A DNA stretch of 64,000 nucleotides from assembly GCA_028534125.1 (NCBI GenBank), contig CM052816.1, positions 79,486,001 to 79,550,000 on the forward strand, written 5' to 3'. The translations under genes and the position numbers were made by a program. Under the pieces are notes generated by a model. The model was not told the origin of the DNA. It ran no database searches and worked only from the letters and a program-made list of their open reading frames with translations. This document shows, piece after piece, positions 34,968 to 47,964 of this stretch. The first letter of the stretch is position 1. Each line of letters starts with the position of its first letter. The DNA comes from Lama glama. Its lineage: Eukaryota.

Positions 34968-35625
34968 GATCCAGCAATCCCACTCCTGGGCATATATCCA
35001 GAGGGAACCTTAATTCAAAAAGATGCATGCATCCCAATGTTCACAGCACTACTATTTACAATAGCCAAGACATGGAAACAACCTAAACGTCCATCAACAG
35101 ATGACTGGATAAAGAAGTTGTGGGGGAGATATATATATATATCCATTATATATATATAATGGAATACTACTCAGCCATAAAAAATAATAAAATACTGCCA
35201 TTTGCTGCAACATAGATGGACATGGAGATCATCATTCTAAGGGAAGTAAGCCAGAAAGAGAAAAATACCATATGATATCACTTATATGTGGAATCTAAAA
35301 AAAAAAAAGACAAATGAACTTATCTACAAAACAGAAATAGACTCACAGACATAGAAAAGAAACTTATGGTTACTAGGGAGGATGGGGGTGAGAAGGGATA
35401 AACTGGGAGTTCAAGATTTGCAGATACTAACTAATATATGTAAAATAAACAACAAATTCATACTATATAACACAGGGAACTATATTCAATATCTTGTAGT
35501 ATCTTATGGTGAAAAAGAATATGAAAACAAATATATGTATGTTCATGTGTGACTGAGGCATTGTGCTGTACACCAGAAATTGACACAACATTGTAAACTG
35601 ACTATACTTTAATAAAAAATATACA
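34968..35625 (+). mobile_element. Young L1 3' end (~650 bp) with TSD
   Basis: Runs from GATCCAGCAATCCCACTCCTGGGCATATATCC to AACTGACTATACTTTAATAAAAAA. A TT/AAAAA endonuclease site lies at 34951, and GGCCTGTT is repeated at 34958 and 35628. Confidence 0.93.
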
Positions 35626-35639
35626 TGGGCCTGTTTAGT

Positions 35640-35950
35640 TTGAAGGTTTACCCCTTTACCAGTAATTGGTGTTGAACATGTGACCCAATCTGGCACAAGA
35701 AGAGTTTTCTGGAGGCTGTGGCTTCCCCAGCTATAAGAAGTTGGCTTTCTATAACTTTGAAGAGAATAAGTTGATGCTGTGGGTGGACAGCTGGCAGAGG
35801 GGAAACCAGAACAGCCTTGTTAAAGTGCTGGAGTAAATAAACCAGCAGTGGGTCCTGCCTTAGGACATCCTCCTATGAGACCTAATAAATGCCTTTGTTT
35901 TTCCAACCATTTTTAGTTTTCTCACTTGCTGCTAAACTATCCTAAAAATA
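35640..35950 (+). mobile_element. Old MLT1 (J/K-like) LTR remnant
   Basis: Shows CATGTGACCCAATCTGGC and TATGAGACCTAATAAATGCCTTTGTTT..TTTCTCACTTGCTGCTAAA. Confidence 0.55.
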
Positions 35951-36079
35951 CAGAAATCTACTTAAAATATATGTCTTTTAAATTGCTACATTTTAATGTA
36001 AACATAAAAGACCAGCTTTCTAAGGAACAGAGTTTCTGAATGAATGAATGAGTGAATGAATATTGGTCTAATCATCAAA

Positions 36080-37020
36080 TTGTATTCATTAATTTTATAA
36101 GCCTTAGTTGAGTACCCACTCTGGGTCCAACACTATACTTGACATTAAGGGTAAGCGGATAAATAAAACCCTGCCTTTATATTGCTCATATCTGCTAGAA
36201 GATACAGATGCAGAAAAAGAACATGGAAATTCAATGTGATGAATGTGGTAATAGAGCTATGCAAATATTCCTGGGTTCCTGAGAAGTGATGATGCCAGAG
36301 TTGTGTCTCGTAAGATAACTGGAGCTAAGTCAGGGAGAGAGGAAGCAAATGAGCATTCCAGGCATTGGAGACATTATGAACAAAGGCAGGGCATCCATCA
36401 CTCAGACTACAGTGTGAATGATAACCCTGAGAGCTGTCCAGTGCAGCCTGCCCCACTGTAGGCAGCAACCCTCAGTAAAGACAAAGGAAACGAAAAATGA
36501 TGTGAGTGTCACAGAACCACAAACTGTCATTCTTGCTGCAATGGCAGATAAGAAATGAGGTTGGAGAGGCTCCAGGAAATGTACATCTTCCTAAACAGTC
36601 ACCTAATATGACACATTAAGGAAGCAGAACTTTATTCCACAGGTTAGTATTTCTCCTGAAGTATATATATTAGCAGTACCTGGTGAACATTTTTTCAAAT
36701 GCAGATTTATAGGCTCAGCTCCCACAGACTGATTATAAGTCTAGGGTGGGGCCAGGGACCTGCCTCTTTCACCACATCTCCAATTGATTCTTCTATCTCC
36801 CAAAATGAAAAAAAAAAGTGAAGGCAATGGGGTGTCACTGAAGGTGGTCGGTCAATGGAATGACACAAATTTGTTTGAAAAAGACCATTCTGGCTGCTGT
36901 TTGGGAAATGGGTTGGGAGCTGGGAGAGTGGAGGCAGTCAGGAAGATGTGCAGAAATTCAGATGAAACACGAGGAGACAGACAAGGATGGTAGGGATGGT
37001 GAGGAGGCGAAAGATTTATG
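36080..37020 (-). mobile_element. L2 fragment interrupted by a MER5-family MITE at ~36645-36800
   Basis: L2 motifs include GAGTACCCACTCTGGGTCC, GCATTCCAGGCA and AAAGACCATTCTGGCTGCTGT. The MER5 motifs are AATGCAGATT..AGTCTAGGGTGGGGCCAGGGACCTGC. Confidence 0.7.
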
Positions 37021-37559
37021 CATCATCTTGGCCAGGCCCAATGGCTTCAATGCCAGGGGAGCACCGTGACCCTTACTTGTTTTCTGGATGGAGAACCTCA
37101 TTTAGGAAACTCCTTGCAAGTGGGCAGAGAGTGACAGAGGCCTGCGTGACCTGTCCTGAAATCGTTGCAGCAGTTGAAACTTAGTGATTCTTGCTGAGAA
37201 GATGCCAATTTCAGAAGTTGAGGCTGAGGGAACTGTTAAACACCATGGTCCTGGGTACCATAGCCTTCTCCCTCCCCCGGCACGAACAGACAAATCACAT
37301 GCGTGATCCAAATGTGTGCAAAATCCCCCTTCAGCTGCAAATTGGGAGAGTACATAATGAGTAGTTAATTCTTGGGAAGACTGGAGACACCAGGCAAAGA
37401 AAAAAAAGGGAATGCAAAGGTAGGAAAAGTGGCAAAAACCATAGTTTTTTATAAGACCTTTTTCCCGCAAGAGTCTAGTCAATCAGTAAAGGAGATGAAC
37501 GAGCTCACTCAGCGATCCTGAACCAAGTGCTAATAAACACAACTCCAAGCACCGTCTGC

Positions 37560-37760
37560 CACACGCTGGGTGTAGACGAAGCATCTAATCTTTCCGCTCC
37601 TCAGTTTCCTCACCTGTAAAATGGGGATAATCTTTATATTATCTCAGAAGTTTGCTCTAAAGGAGTTTGTGCTTGTAAAGCTCTTAGAAGAGGATAAGCA
37701 CACTTGTGTAACTGCAGTGCAACACTTAGCCAGCCCTTGGAAGCACTTACTTAAATTGAA
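37560..37760 (+). mobile_element. MIR SINE
   Basis: Carries the MIR core CCTCAGTTTCCTCACCTGTAAAATGGGGATAAT. Confidence 0.8.
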
Positions 37761-40474
37761 TTTAAATCGGATATATTTCATAAATCACATTTCAAAGAAA
37801 TTAAATTCAAATTTGGATAAAGTGTGCCCAGCATGTCTGCAGTGACTGGCCTGGGCCATGCTGAGCCCTGATCTCAGCATTGGAGTCTTCGCTTCCCTGC
37901 TGGGACTGATACAGTGGCGCGTAGGTTCTAGAACCAGACAGACAGCTGTGACTAGCTCTAGAGAAATCCATGCCTGCGTTCACTCTGCCACTTTTACAGG
38001 GGCTCCTGTGTCATTATTGTTTGCTTAACATTGTTGAAAGCTTCTCTTTTTTTCGTGCCCCTATGGGTTTCTAGACTTTTCTGTTTTAACCTGGGGTTTC
38101 CAGCCTTTTTCCCACTGATTTAATTTCTACACATAGAGGAACAAATGTTGTTTAATGCACTTGTTATTCCAACCTTCAAAATGAGCTTTTTTGTTCTGCC
38201 TTTCACAGTGATATTCCTACAGAAAACTATTATTATCTCTGTTTATGGTTCTACTGAAAGGTTAACAATTTCATTTTCAGATGTGAGGCCCAGCAAGGCT
38301 GCTCAAAGAAAAACCTGCCTGGTAGACAAAAGGAGAATCTTAATCTAAAAGCTGAATTCTTAGTTTCTATTCCAAAGAACTGTGAGCTGGATCAGAGTTA
38401 ATTCCCGCCTTTCTGAAGGAGAGTTAGACGCTAAGATACGGTCTGGCTGCAGAAGCTGCACTTGACTTCATGAATGTATTTCATTACCTTAAAGAAGCAG
38501 TAACAAAGCATCTAACTCCTTTTCAGGCTGAAGGACATTTATCACAAGGGGCGGGAACTTTCCATAGAACAAGGTTCCTCAAAGTCTGGTGTTTGGACAA
38601 TGAACATCAGAGATTCTAAAAGTATTTATTTAAATTTCCAAGGTTCTGTCATAGGACTAAGAAAGCAGTTTTTTTCTGGGGTAGATCTGAAGACCTTGAT
38701 CTCCAGAACCCTCTGCTAATTTTGTGCACGCTAAGATGTTTGAACCTTAATGGCTCTGACACTTAAACAGAGGAAAGTCGTGCGTGAGGGCCAAAGTTTC
38801 AGAAATTACAGTAATCTTGGGACAAGGAAGCCTCTATACCTAAGATAATGGTGTGTAAGTAATTATCAAATTTAAATTATAACCCAATAAAAGGGATACA
38901 GAAAATGGATCAATAGTTAGAAGACAGGTCCATGAAAAGTTGTGGACAATTTGAGGGCTGGACCATGGAAGCTTTGAAGATCCTATTCCCCACAAAACAT
39001 CCCTTGGAGATGCTGTTGGAAACTGACCCCGAGAAGGCTCATGTTTGATACTGTGAGGATACTTGATACTGTGCTGGACATTCTCCCACTGGATTTACCC
39101 CCTAGGACAGAATCTGTGCCTCCTGTATCCTTTTGTGTCTCCGGGACTAATAGAGGCCTGTTAATAGATAATAGTAGGTCTCAGCAAATGTCAAGCACAT
39201 ACTGGCTGCTCAGCAAGGGTTGACTGAAGTGAACTGGGGAGAAGAATCACTTTGTTGGAAAGAATCCACGAAAAAGGAGAAAACCTAGGCTAGTTCGATG
39301 AGCTCTGAGGGCAAATTTACAAAAGGCACACACCTTGTTCTTCAACGCATCCTTGACATTTCATTAAAAAAGCCTGTCAACATCACATTTTTCGGGTCCT
39401 GTCCTGTGTGCACTGCACACAGTTTTGTGTACAAAGTTTGTCACTGTCTTTCCCTGTGCCTTTGGTCACGTCCCTCTAAGCTACCCAGAATTTTGTAAAC
39501 TTCAACTAATTTAGCATTACAATATAGTGACCTTTCATAATACTGGGCTCTGTTCTATAAATTGAACTTTGATAAAGTTCTTTCTTTGGATTTATCTCTA
39601 GGGCTGTTTTCTTTTTTTGGTTTATTTTGAAATAATTATGGCTTAAAAATATTTCTTTAAAATGGGCTATTTCTTTTTATCAGTTCCACTGCAATATTGA
39701 GACACAAAAGAAAATCTTCTTTCGGTTATGACAGCCTCTGCTGTCAGGCATGATGACGCATCCCACGGGTAAAATTGTCCACCAAAGTGCAGCCTCCTTG
39801 ACCTCTGAAAATCACATGTGTCAGGGAAAAGAGAAGACAGATTTTTGGCAAGTTTTATCTCCCATAGTACTTGATCCCTTTCCGGGAGTGCAGGGGTTGG
39901 AGGAAAGATTCGAGTTTAATTGTTCTTGCAAAATCCTTCAGTTTCTGAAAGAGAAGTTGGTGAAAGCAGCTTTGACACATGGAAAGAGCTTTTTGCCATT
40001 GTTATGAATTACATAATAATGTGAGCTAAGGGCACATGAATAAAAAACATAGATTAACAATCCTGTCAATCAAATGTGTGTTTAAAAATATGTCGTGATA
40101 CAATACACGGAGAGCTTTTGCTGAACCAAAACTGTACTTGAGATGTAATTGACAGTATTCAGGAAGCCCCTGGGATAAAGGCTTTTCAGCACTTTTTCCA
40201 CAGCTGTAATTTTTAGACAAACACGACATGGACCTTCTTATGTAAGCATGCAAAATGTGGTCATTTGTGCAGAAAGAACCATCTAAAGAAATCAACTTTC
40301 CTTAGAGTCCGTTGATTGTGTTGGCCTTCCGGAGGGAAATGGGCACCACAGCATACAATTGTCCCATTAGGAAAGCCCCTAGAGATTATTGGAGACCCGC
40401 TTCCGTTGATTTGGGGGCCAAAAAATGAAAAATAGCTTGCCCAAGTTATAGAGCAGGTAAAAGTCAGAACTAGT

Positions 40475-40642
40475 GAGGAGGAAGGTATGGCTCATGAGTG
40501 CATGCGTAGCATGCAGGAGGTCCTGAGTTCAATCCCCAGCACCTCCATTAAATAAAGAAATAAACCAAATTACCTCCCCCCCAACAGAATTTTTTTTAAT
40601 GACTAAAATAAAATAAATAAATAAAAATACATAACATTTTTA
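40475..40642 (+). mobile_element. tRNA-Ala-derived SINE (Vic-1-like) inserted into a MIR
   Basis: The head reads GGTATGGCTCA..GCATGCAGGAGGTCCTGAGTTCAATCCCCAGCACCTCCA and is followed by an A-rich tail. The 13-bp TSD AAAAGTCAGAACT lies at 40459-40471 and 40643-40655. Confidence 0.88.
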
Positions 40643-41381
40643 AAAAGTCAGAACTGGGGCCAGTTTGAAACACCCACTGTTAATTCCAGACAGAAAAGAA
40701 TTATCAGGCAATAAAAATGGCAGAAATGCCTGCTATGCTTCCAGGTTACATCTCTGTGAACCAAAGATTTCTCCGTCATAGTTTATAAACTCTGCAACAG
40801 ATATGTAACTAAAGGAAAATCTTCATTTATGCCAAGTAGCTAGATGATGCAAATATACATTTTTTTAAATTTATAATGTTATAAGAGAGCTCCGCATATT
40901 TAGTATTTCAAAACTTGATACTGGGCCAAAGGCCAATGAAAGGACTTGAGTGAACTACTCAAGATAGACCAAAAAGATAAATCCTATTCCAAAAGGGGAA
41001 TGAGGAGCATGGGAGCTAGGATAAGAGGCCAGGTTGCCACCTACTGTCACCATGACGTTGAGCAAGGCATTGCTGTGAGCTTCAAATTTCTCATTCTGCT
41101 TCCTACAACAGTCCAATAGTAACACTGAATGGGAAACCTTTCCAAAAAGCATTCATGTAATACAATACAATATTATTTGTGTAAATAATAGTGCTACTAT
41201 TTTACTCTATACTGGCATATGGTATACTAACTGCTGGCAGATAGTATACTAATTACTGGCATTCTAATTATTGGCATATGGTATAATAGTATAATATTGA
41301 ATATCACTCAGATTTATATTATACTAATACGGTTTTGCATACTTTTACAACCAATTTTTTGTTGTTAATGTACAGTAGTCA

Positions 41382-41538
41382 GGGGAAGGGCATAGCTCAC
41401 TGGTAGAGCATGTGCTTAGCATGCATGAGGTCCTGGGTTCAATCCCCAGTACCGCCATTAAAAAAATACGTATATACATACATACATGCAACCTAATTAC
41501 TAGGCATGAACCCCTGCAAACTGAATTTTACAAAAAAT
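41382..41538 (+). mobile_element. tRNA-Ala-derived SINE (Vic-1-like)
   Basis: GGGGAAGGGCATAGCTCACTGGTAGAGCATGTGCTTAGCATGCATGAGGTCCTGGGTTCAATCCCCAGTACCGCCA has Pol III A and B boxes and an AGC anticodon-like loop. It is followed by a tail containing ACCTAATTAC, like the 40.5 kb copy. Confidence 0.88.
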
Positions 41539-41884
41539 ACTACAATAGTAGAAGTAGTAGTAGTAACTCTAAGCAAAAATCACTGTGGAGCCAGAGGTAT
41601 CATTTCTGAAGAATCCTAGAGGACTAATGAGATGATCAAAGCATAGAAAATGGGTGCCAAAACTCTTCCCCTGGTTACCACTCTTGCCCTAATCTGCCAC
41701 CACCTTATGCTTTCATTTTTCCAAATACCTTCAGCATCTTTTCCCTTAAATGCTCCATTGTTTCAGTCCCAACATGGACAAACCTGCACTTCCCTCTTGT
41801 TCTCCAAACTCCTGTCTCCTCGTGTAATTAACAATATCATCAGTCACCCGTACCCTCAGCTCGGACACTACCTTGGTTCTACTG

Positions 41885-43035
41885 CTTTTTGAAAATTGAG
41901 GTGAAATTCACACAACATAAAATTAACCAGTTTAAAGCATAAAATTCAGTAGTATTTGGTATGTTCACTGTGGTGGGAAACCACCACCTTTATCATTCCA
42001 AAACCCTCCATCACCCCAAAGAAAATCCACATACCTATTAAGCACTCACTCCCTATACTCCTATCCCTGGCCCCTGGCAACCACCAGTCTGCTTTCTGTC
42101 TCTATGTGATTTATCTATTCTGCATATTTAATACAAATGGAATCATACAATATGAGATCTTTTGTGTCTATATTCTTTCACTTAGCATCATGTTCAGCCA
42201 TGTTGTTCATGTATTGGTAGTTCATTGCTTTTTATGGCTGAATAATATTCCATTGTATAGATGACCAGGTTTCATTTATCTATTCATCTGTCATGGACAT
42301 TTGGGATGTTTCCACCTTTTGGCTATCATGAATAGCACTCCTAGGAACATTTGTGTGCAAGTATTTGTTTGAGTACTTATTTTTCAATTCTTTGGGGATA
42401 CACTGTCTTACTCAGAGTTCTCCAGAGAAATAGAACCAATAAGTCCTCTCTGAATAGAGACAGAGATATATAGAGAGAAAGATTTATTTTAAGGAATTGG
42501 CTCAGATGAGTTGTTGAATCCAAAATCCATTGGCCAGCCCAGAAGTTTGGAAGTTCAGCTAAGAGTTGATGTTATAGATTTGAGTTTAAATTTTGTAGGC
42601 TGACAGGCTGGAAACTCAGGCAAGATTTGCTTGCATACTTAAGGATTCTTTCTTTTTTGAGACTCCTCTATCTTTGTCCTTGAGGCCTTCCACTGATTGG
42701 GTGAGGTCCACTCCCAATATGGAAGGTAATCTGTTTTACACAAGTTTTACTGATTTAAGTGTAACTTACATCTGGCAGCAACATCTAGACTGGTATTTGG
42801 CCAAGTAACCAGGCACCATAGCCTAGCCAGGTTGACAGATAAAACTAACCATCACAAATACGTAGGAATTGAATTTCTGGGTCATAGGACAATTCTATGT
42901 TTAAGTTTGCAACAAACCACCAAACAATTTTGCATTCCCACCAGCAGTGCACAAGGGTCCAATTTCTCCACATCCTGTCAACCCTTGTTATTTTCTATCT
43001 GTTATAGTCTTTATTAAAGCCATTCTCGTGGGCAG
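41885..43035 (-). mobile_element. L1MB-type 3' end split by an MLT2 LTR
   Basis: Shows TTGAGGTGAAATTCACACAACATAAAATTAACC and CCCTGGCCCCTGGCAACCACC. The L1 resumes after 42857 with GGGTCATAGG..TTGCATTCCCACCAGCAGTG. Confidence 0.85.
42404..42856 (-). mobile_element. MLT2 (ERVL) solo LTR
   Basis: Runs TGTCTTACTCAGAGTTCTCCAGAGAAATAGAACCAATA ... GATTTATTTTAAGGAATTGGCTCA ... TTGACAGATAAAACTAACCATCACA, with TG...CA termini. Confidence 0.88.
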
Positions 43036-44809
43036 TAAGTACTCTGATTACTTTTTATTATGCCTTTGGAATCATTACATAGTATATTTTTGCATGACAT
43101 AGGAGAATCTGGGAACCTGGACCAGGTAAACTTTCCACATCGTTGATCTAAGCATCCTCTGGTAAGATTACATTTCAAACATTATTGTACTGTATATTGT
43201 GAGCAGGGAAACAATTCTTCCTAACTTCTGGTATTTCCTTCCTTCCTTTTAGAGGAACTTCATGAAGCTTAACACTCCTAACCACTCTATATCCTCTTAG
43301 ATACAACTGATGATTGAGCTTGAATGGAAGAAGGAGGTGCGGGTCACTGAGATCCTTTCTTTGCTTTTTTCTTAAGAGCTAACTGCCTGTGGAGAGCATA
43401 TCTTATCTCTGCTTCTCTAAGGGAAGATCTCATCTCTGCAGGTAAGGAGTTCTCCCTAGTCCCCTGCTGATTTGCAAGTCTGCCTAATCTTGGAGTTCAG
43501 TATGAGAAATCTCACAATTGAGGATGTATGCCAGATTTTCAAAAAGAATCTCCTGAGCAAAAGACTTGTTTTGGTCTCTATCTGCTGATCCTTTTATCTT
43601 GTCTCAATTATTTTAGAATTGAGGTTGAGAAATGAGATGTTCTTTATCATATTCATTACTTGAAGACAATTCTATAAATAAAATTCATAACCTTGTATTC
43701 ATTTTATTCTATGATTAATCTGATCTTGCTATAATACAAGAATACATGCATTTGTTTTATGTATTTTTATTGATGTGAGAAATCTCTTATTGGTCAATAC
43801 CATTGAATGGAGAATTGATTCCTAGGTGCTTAAGTTGTTTGGTTAATGCAGTTAGTATCACATTATCAAAAAATGAATCAGGTCTGAACCTTGTACAAGT
43901 ATTATCATTCTTATTTTTTAATTTTTTAAAACTATTTTTGTAGGATGGGAGAAATGGCCTGATGAAATTTTTCTCCTCTAAGATCAAAATGCTTCTTTAA
44001 TGAAACAAATTAAAATGAAGAGTATAGAAAACACTTTTAAAAATGAAAGTGTTCATGGAATTTGTAGGCAGTAGGAGAAAAATCTTGAATGAAGAAGTGA
44101 ATTTGATTGGGTAAAACTTTGATTTATTCAGTCTGAACTGATTCTACACAATGTTATGTCTCAGAACTATTGTAAATTTATAAGAACCCTTCTTTCAGTC
44201 ATTCCTTCATATCATTATTTTTTCTATTACCACTAACTACACTTTTCTGGTCTTTTTATGACCCTTCCAAGTTGATGCAAGTGTGAGTATTTGTGGCAGT
44301 TTTTCTATTGTGACAAGGTCTTTATTTAACTAAGATAATTTATTCTCTAGACAAATCATTAATGATGTATGATGGCTGTGTGTGTTCAGAATACCCAAAC
44401 GATCAGGTAAATTATTGTGAATTTCATATAAAACTTCACATTTAGGTTTCTAAGCAGATTAACATTTCTCAGAGCCATTCAATCTGCGTATTTGTGTCCC
44501 ATGCCATGTATATTCCTGTCACACATTTCAATTCTTCTATTTCAAGGCCATTATGATTTTTTACCATGAGTATCTGAAGCATGTGATTACAAAAAGTTTG
44601 TTCCAAGAATGCTGTCAGTCTTGGAATTAATTACAGACAAAACAAAACAAAAACTCCACTTAGTTTCATATGTATATTGAATCCAAACTATCATTATCAA
44701 AAATAATCTCACCTAGTTATTAATCACTCCCTATTGTTTATTTTGAGGTTTGAATTTTATTTTTATAATGCCTTTTAAAATTATTTTATTAGTGTATTAA
44801 GGGACAATA

Positions 44810-46000
44810 ACAGAACTACACCAACTAAGAAAGTCTGTACAGCAAAGGACCATCAACAAAACAAAAAGGCAGCCTACAGAATGAGAGAAAATCATTGCAG
44901 ATTATATATCTGTTAAGGAGTTAATATTAAAAATATATAAAGAACTCGTACAACTCAATAGCCAAAAAACAAACCAAAAAATAAAAAAAAATTTTTTAAT
45001 GGGCAGAGGGTCTCAATAGACATTTTCCCAGAAAAGACTTACAGATAAGCAACAGGTACATGAAAAGGTGTTAAACTTCACTAATCATCAGGGAAATGCA
45101 AATGTAAACCACAATGAAATATGACTTCACACTTGTTAGAATGGTTATTACTAAAAAGACAAGAAATAACAAGTGTTGGGGAGGACGTGGAGAAAAGGGA
45201 GCCCTGGTACCATGTTGGTGGGAATGTAAATTGGTGCAGCCACTGTGGAAAACAGTACAGAGATTCCTCAAAAACGTAAAAATAGAACCACCATATGACC
45301 CAGCAAGTCCACTTCTGGGTATTTATTCAAAGAAAACAAAAATACTAACTCAAAAAATATATGCACCCCCCTCATGTTCATTGCAGTGTTACATACAATA
45401 GCCCAAATATGGAACAACCATATTGGCATGAATCAATAAAGAAGATATGGCATATCTACAATGGAATATTATTCTGCCATAAAAATTAAATCTTATCATT
45501 TGTGACACCGTGAATGGACTTTGAGGGCATTACGCTAAGTGAAATTAGTCAGACAGAGGAAGTCAAATCCTATGTGATCTCATTTATATGTAGAATCTCC
45601 AAAACATCGACAGCAACAACAGCAAACCAAGCTCATAGATACAGAGAGCAAGTTGATGGTTGCTAGTGGCAGGGGTGATGGTAAGCTAAATGGATGAAGA
45701 AAGTCAAAAGGTACAAGCTTGCAGTTATAGAATAAGTAAGTCATAGGGACATAATGTACAGCATGGTGACTGTAGTTAATAAAACTATATTGCATATTTG
45801 AATGATATTAGGAGAGTAGATCTTAAAAGTTCTCACCACAAAAAAAACCAAAATTTGGTAACTATATATGGTTACAGATGTTAACTAGCAGTATTGTAGT
45901 GATCATTTTGCAATACACACCAGTAGTGAATCATTATGTTGTACACCTGAAACTAGTACAATGTTGTATGTCAATTATATCTCCATTTTTTCAAATAAGG
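44810..46000 (+). mobile_element. L1MA-type 3' portion (ORF2 C-terminus and 3' UTR)
   Basis: ORF 45114..45401 reads [29 protein letters not shown]. The 3' UTR ends TTGTATGTCAATTATATCTC. Confidence 0.9.
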
Positions 46001-46195
46001 AATAATAATACAACAAACCTTATAACTTTATAATAAGAGTTTAATCAGTGAATGCCTATAAAATATTTAGAACATTTTTAGCTGTTAACATTATATGCCT
46101 TAACTTTGAGGGAATATATTGGATTATATTTTATTCACTCTTGAGGTTTAAAGTGTGAGCCTGAGTTTTAACCCAGAATTACCAGCTACATGAGT

Positions 46196-46572
46196 GTGTT
46201 ATACAGCTTGAGCTATGCGCTGCCATATTCAAAATATATTGTGTTTCTTAAACAACAGACATTTATTCTCTCACAGTTTTGGTGACTGGAAGTCCAAGAT
46301 CAGGGTGCCAGCATGATGGGCTTCTGGTGAGACTTCTAGTAGATGGCTACCTTTTGCTATGTGCTCATATGGTGTCTTTGTAAGAGCTCCAGGAGCAATA
46401 GAGAGAGCTCCCTGGTGTCTCTTCTTATAAAGACACTAATCTCTTCAGACCAGAACCCCACCCTCATCTAAACTTAATTACCTTCCAAAGGTCCCACCTC
46501 CAAGTATCATCTTATTAAAGGTTAAGGCTTCAACATATGAATTTTGTGGAGGACACAGTCCAGTCCATGTCA
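46196..46572 (-). mobile_element. MLT1A-like LTR inserted in a MIR
   Basis: Shows CTTAAACAACAGACATTTATTCTCTCACAGTTTTGG..GGAAGTCCAAGATCAGGGTGCCAGCA..GGCTTCAACATATGAATTTTG. MIR pieces lie on both sides. Confidence 0.85.
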
Positions 46573-46819
46573 GTGAACCTGGGCAATATTTATTTTCTCA
46601 AAGCTGAGTTTCTCAATTTGTAAAATGTGGGTTAAAACACAACAAAGTTATTGTGAGATTTGAATGTTTATTTTCTTCTGCTGCTTGTTTGTGTGCTTTT
46701 GTGATGACTCCCCCCGGTACAGACATGTATTGCTTTTGTTATAAGAAAAACAATAATAGACACAATCTCCTAAGATGAAAGGAAGGGTATCTCTTCTGTT
46801 CCTATTGGCTTTTTCTTCT

Positions 46820-47230
46820 GCCTGTATTTTCCCTCCAAAATCCTTCCTAATGTAGCCTCAACCTATCTTTCCAGCCACAATTCACCTCTATTTCCCTGGG
46901 CAATGTATCTTCTAGCCAAGTCAGACCACTCTTCACCTCCATGCTCTAGGTCTGCTTATTAGAATATTCTAGTTAACCAAATCTGTCAAGTGAAATTTCA
47001 CCTCTATAAAACTTTTCTAAATCTCTCTCTAGAAATAAAATTCTCCTTAAAGCATCAGTGGCACTCTGGGCCATTTTTATGTATATTTTTTTCATCTGCT
47101 CTGTATTCTAGTTAATTACATGCAATCATCACATATGTCCCTACTGGGAAAAGCTCTCTGAGTGAAGGAGAACTGGCTTGTCTCCCACGGAACTGAGCAC
47201 ACAGTAAACTTTCACTTCATAAATGAACTG
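46820..47230 (+). mobile_element. L2 3' fragment
   Basis: Shows CCTATCTTTCCAGCC..TCACCTCTATAAAACTTTTCT..AAGCTCTCTGAGTGAAGG..GCACACAGTAAAC. Confidence 0.6.
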
Positions 47231-47654
47231 AAACAACTGTAGGGGTAGGGGATGGATTGAAATTTTCCTTTGTACTTTTAATGCAAAAAGATATGGTCAT
47301 ATTCATTATAACGAAGAAAAGACATGGAGGAAACGGCTTACTCAAGAGAAACAACTTTTGAGTACTCAAGAAGCAGTAGTGCTACATATAAAGCTTTTGT
47401 GCTAATTGGGGGGGGTTGTTTGTTTGTTTTTTGTGCTAATTTAAATCATAGCCAAGTAGTCATGAAAGTAAACTCCCTGAAGATCAGTATCAGGCAGCTC
47501 TTTATTAGCTAAAGTAGCTACTGCATATACTTGAATACAGTAAAAAATACATTCACTCAGCATTTAAGACTTTACAAAGAACTTCCATGTATATGATCTC
47601 ATTTGATTATCACATCAACCTTGTGAGATGGACAAAAGAATTATTTTTTATCAA

Positions 47655-47964
47655 AGTATATACAATGGAACACTACTCAGCCATACAAAAGAATGAAATA
47701 ATGCCACTTGCAGCAACATGGATGGACTTAGAGATTATTATACTAAGTGAAGCAAATCAGACAGAGAAACACAAATATCCTATGATATTACTTAAATGTG
47801 AAAGCTAAAAAAATGACATAAATGAACTTATTTACAGAACAGAAACATACTCACAGACATAGAAAATAAACTTACGGTGACCTAAGGGGAAAGGTGGGGG
47901 AGGGATAAATTAGGAGTCAGGGATTAGCAGATACAAAACTACTATATACAAAATAGATAAACAG
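47655..47964 (+). mobile_element. L1 fragment truncated at both ends, inserted in a MIR, with TSD
   Basis: Runs from TACAATGGAACACTACTCAGCCATAC to AAATAGATAAACAG. AAAGAATTATTTTT occurs at 47635-47648 and 47965-47978. Confidence 0.88.

Noticed and set aside
41382..41457. tRNA-Ala(AGC) gene
   Set aside because: The 5' end is extended, the acceptor stem is imperfect and there is no T-run terminator. It has a SINE tail and a sister copy with a TSD at 40.5 kb.
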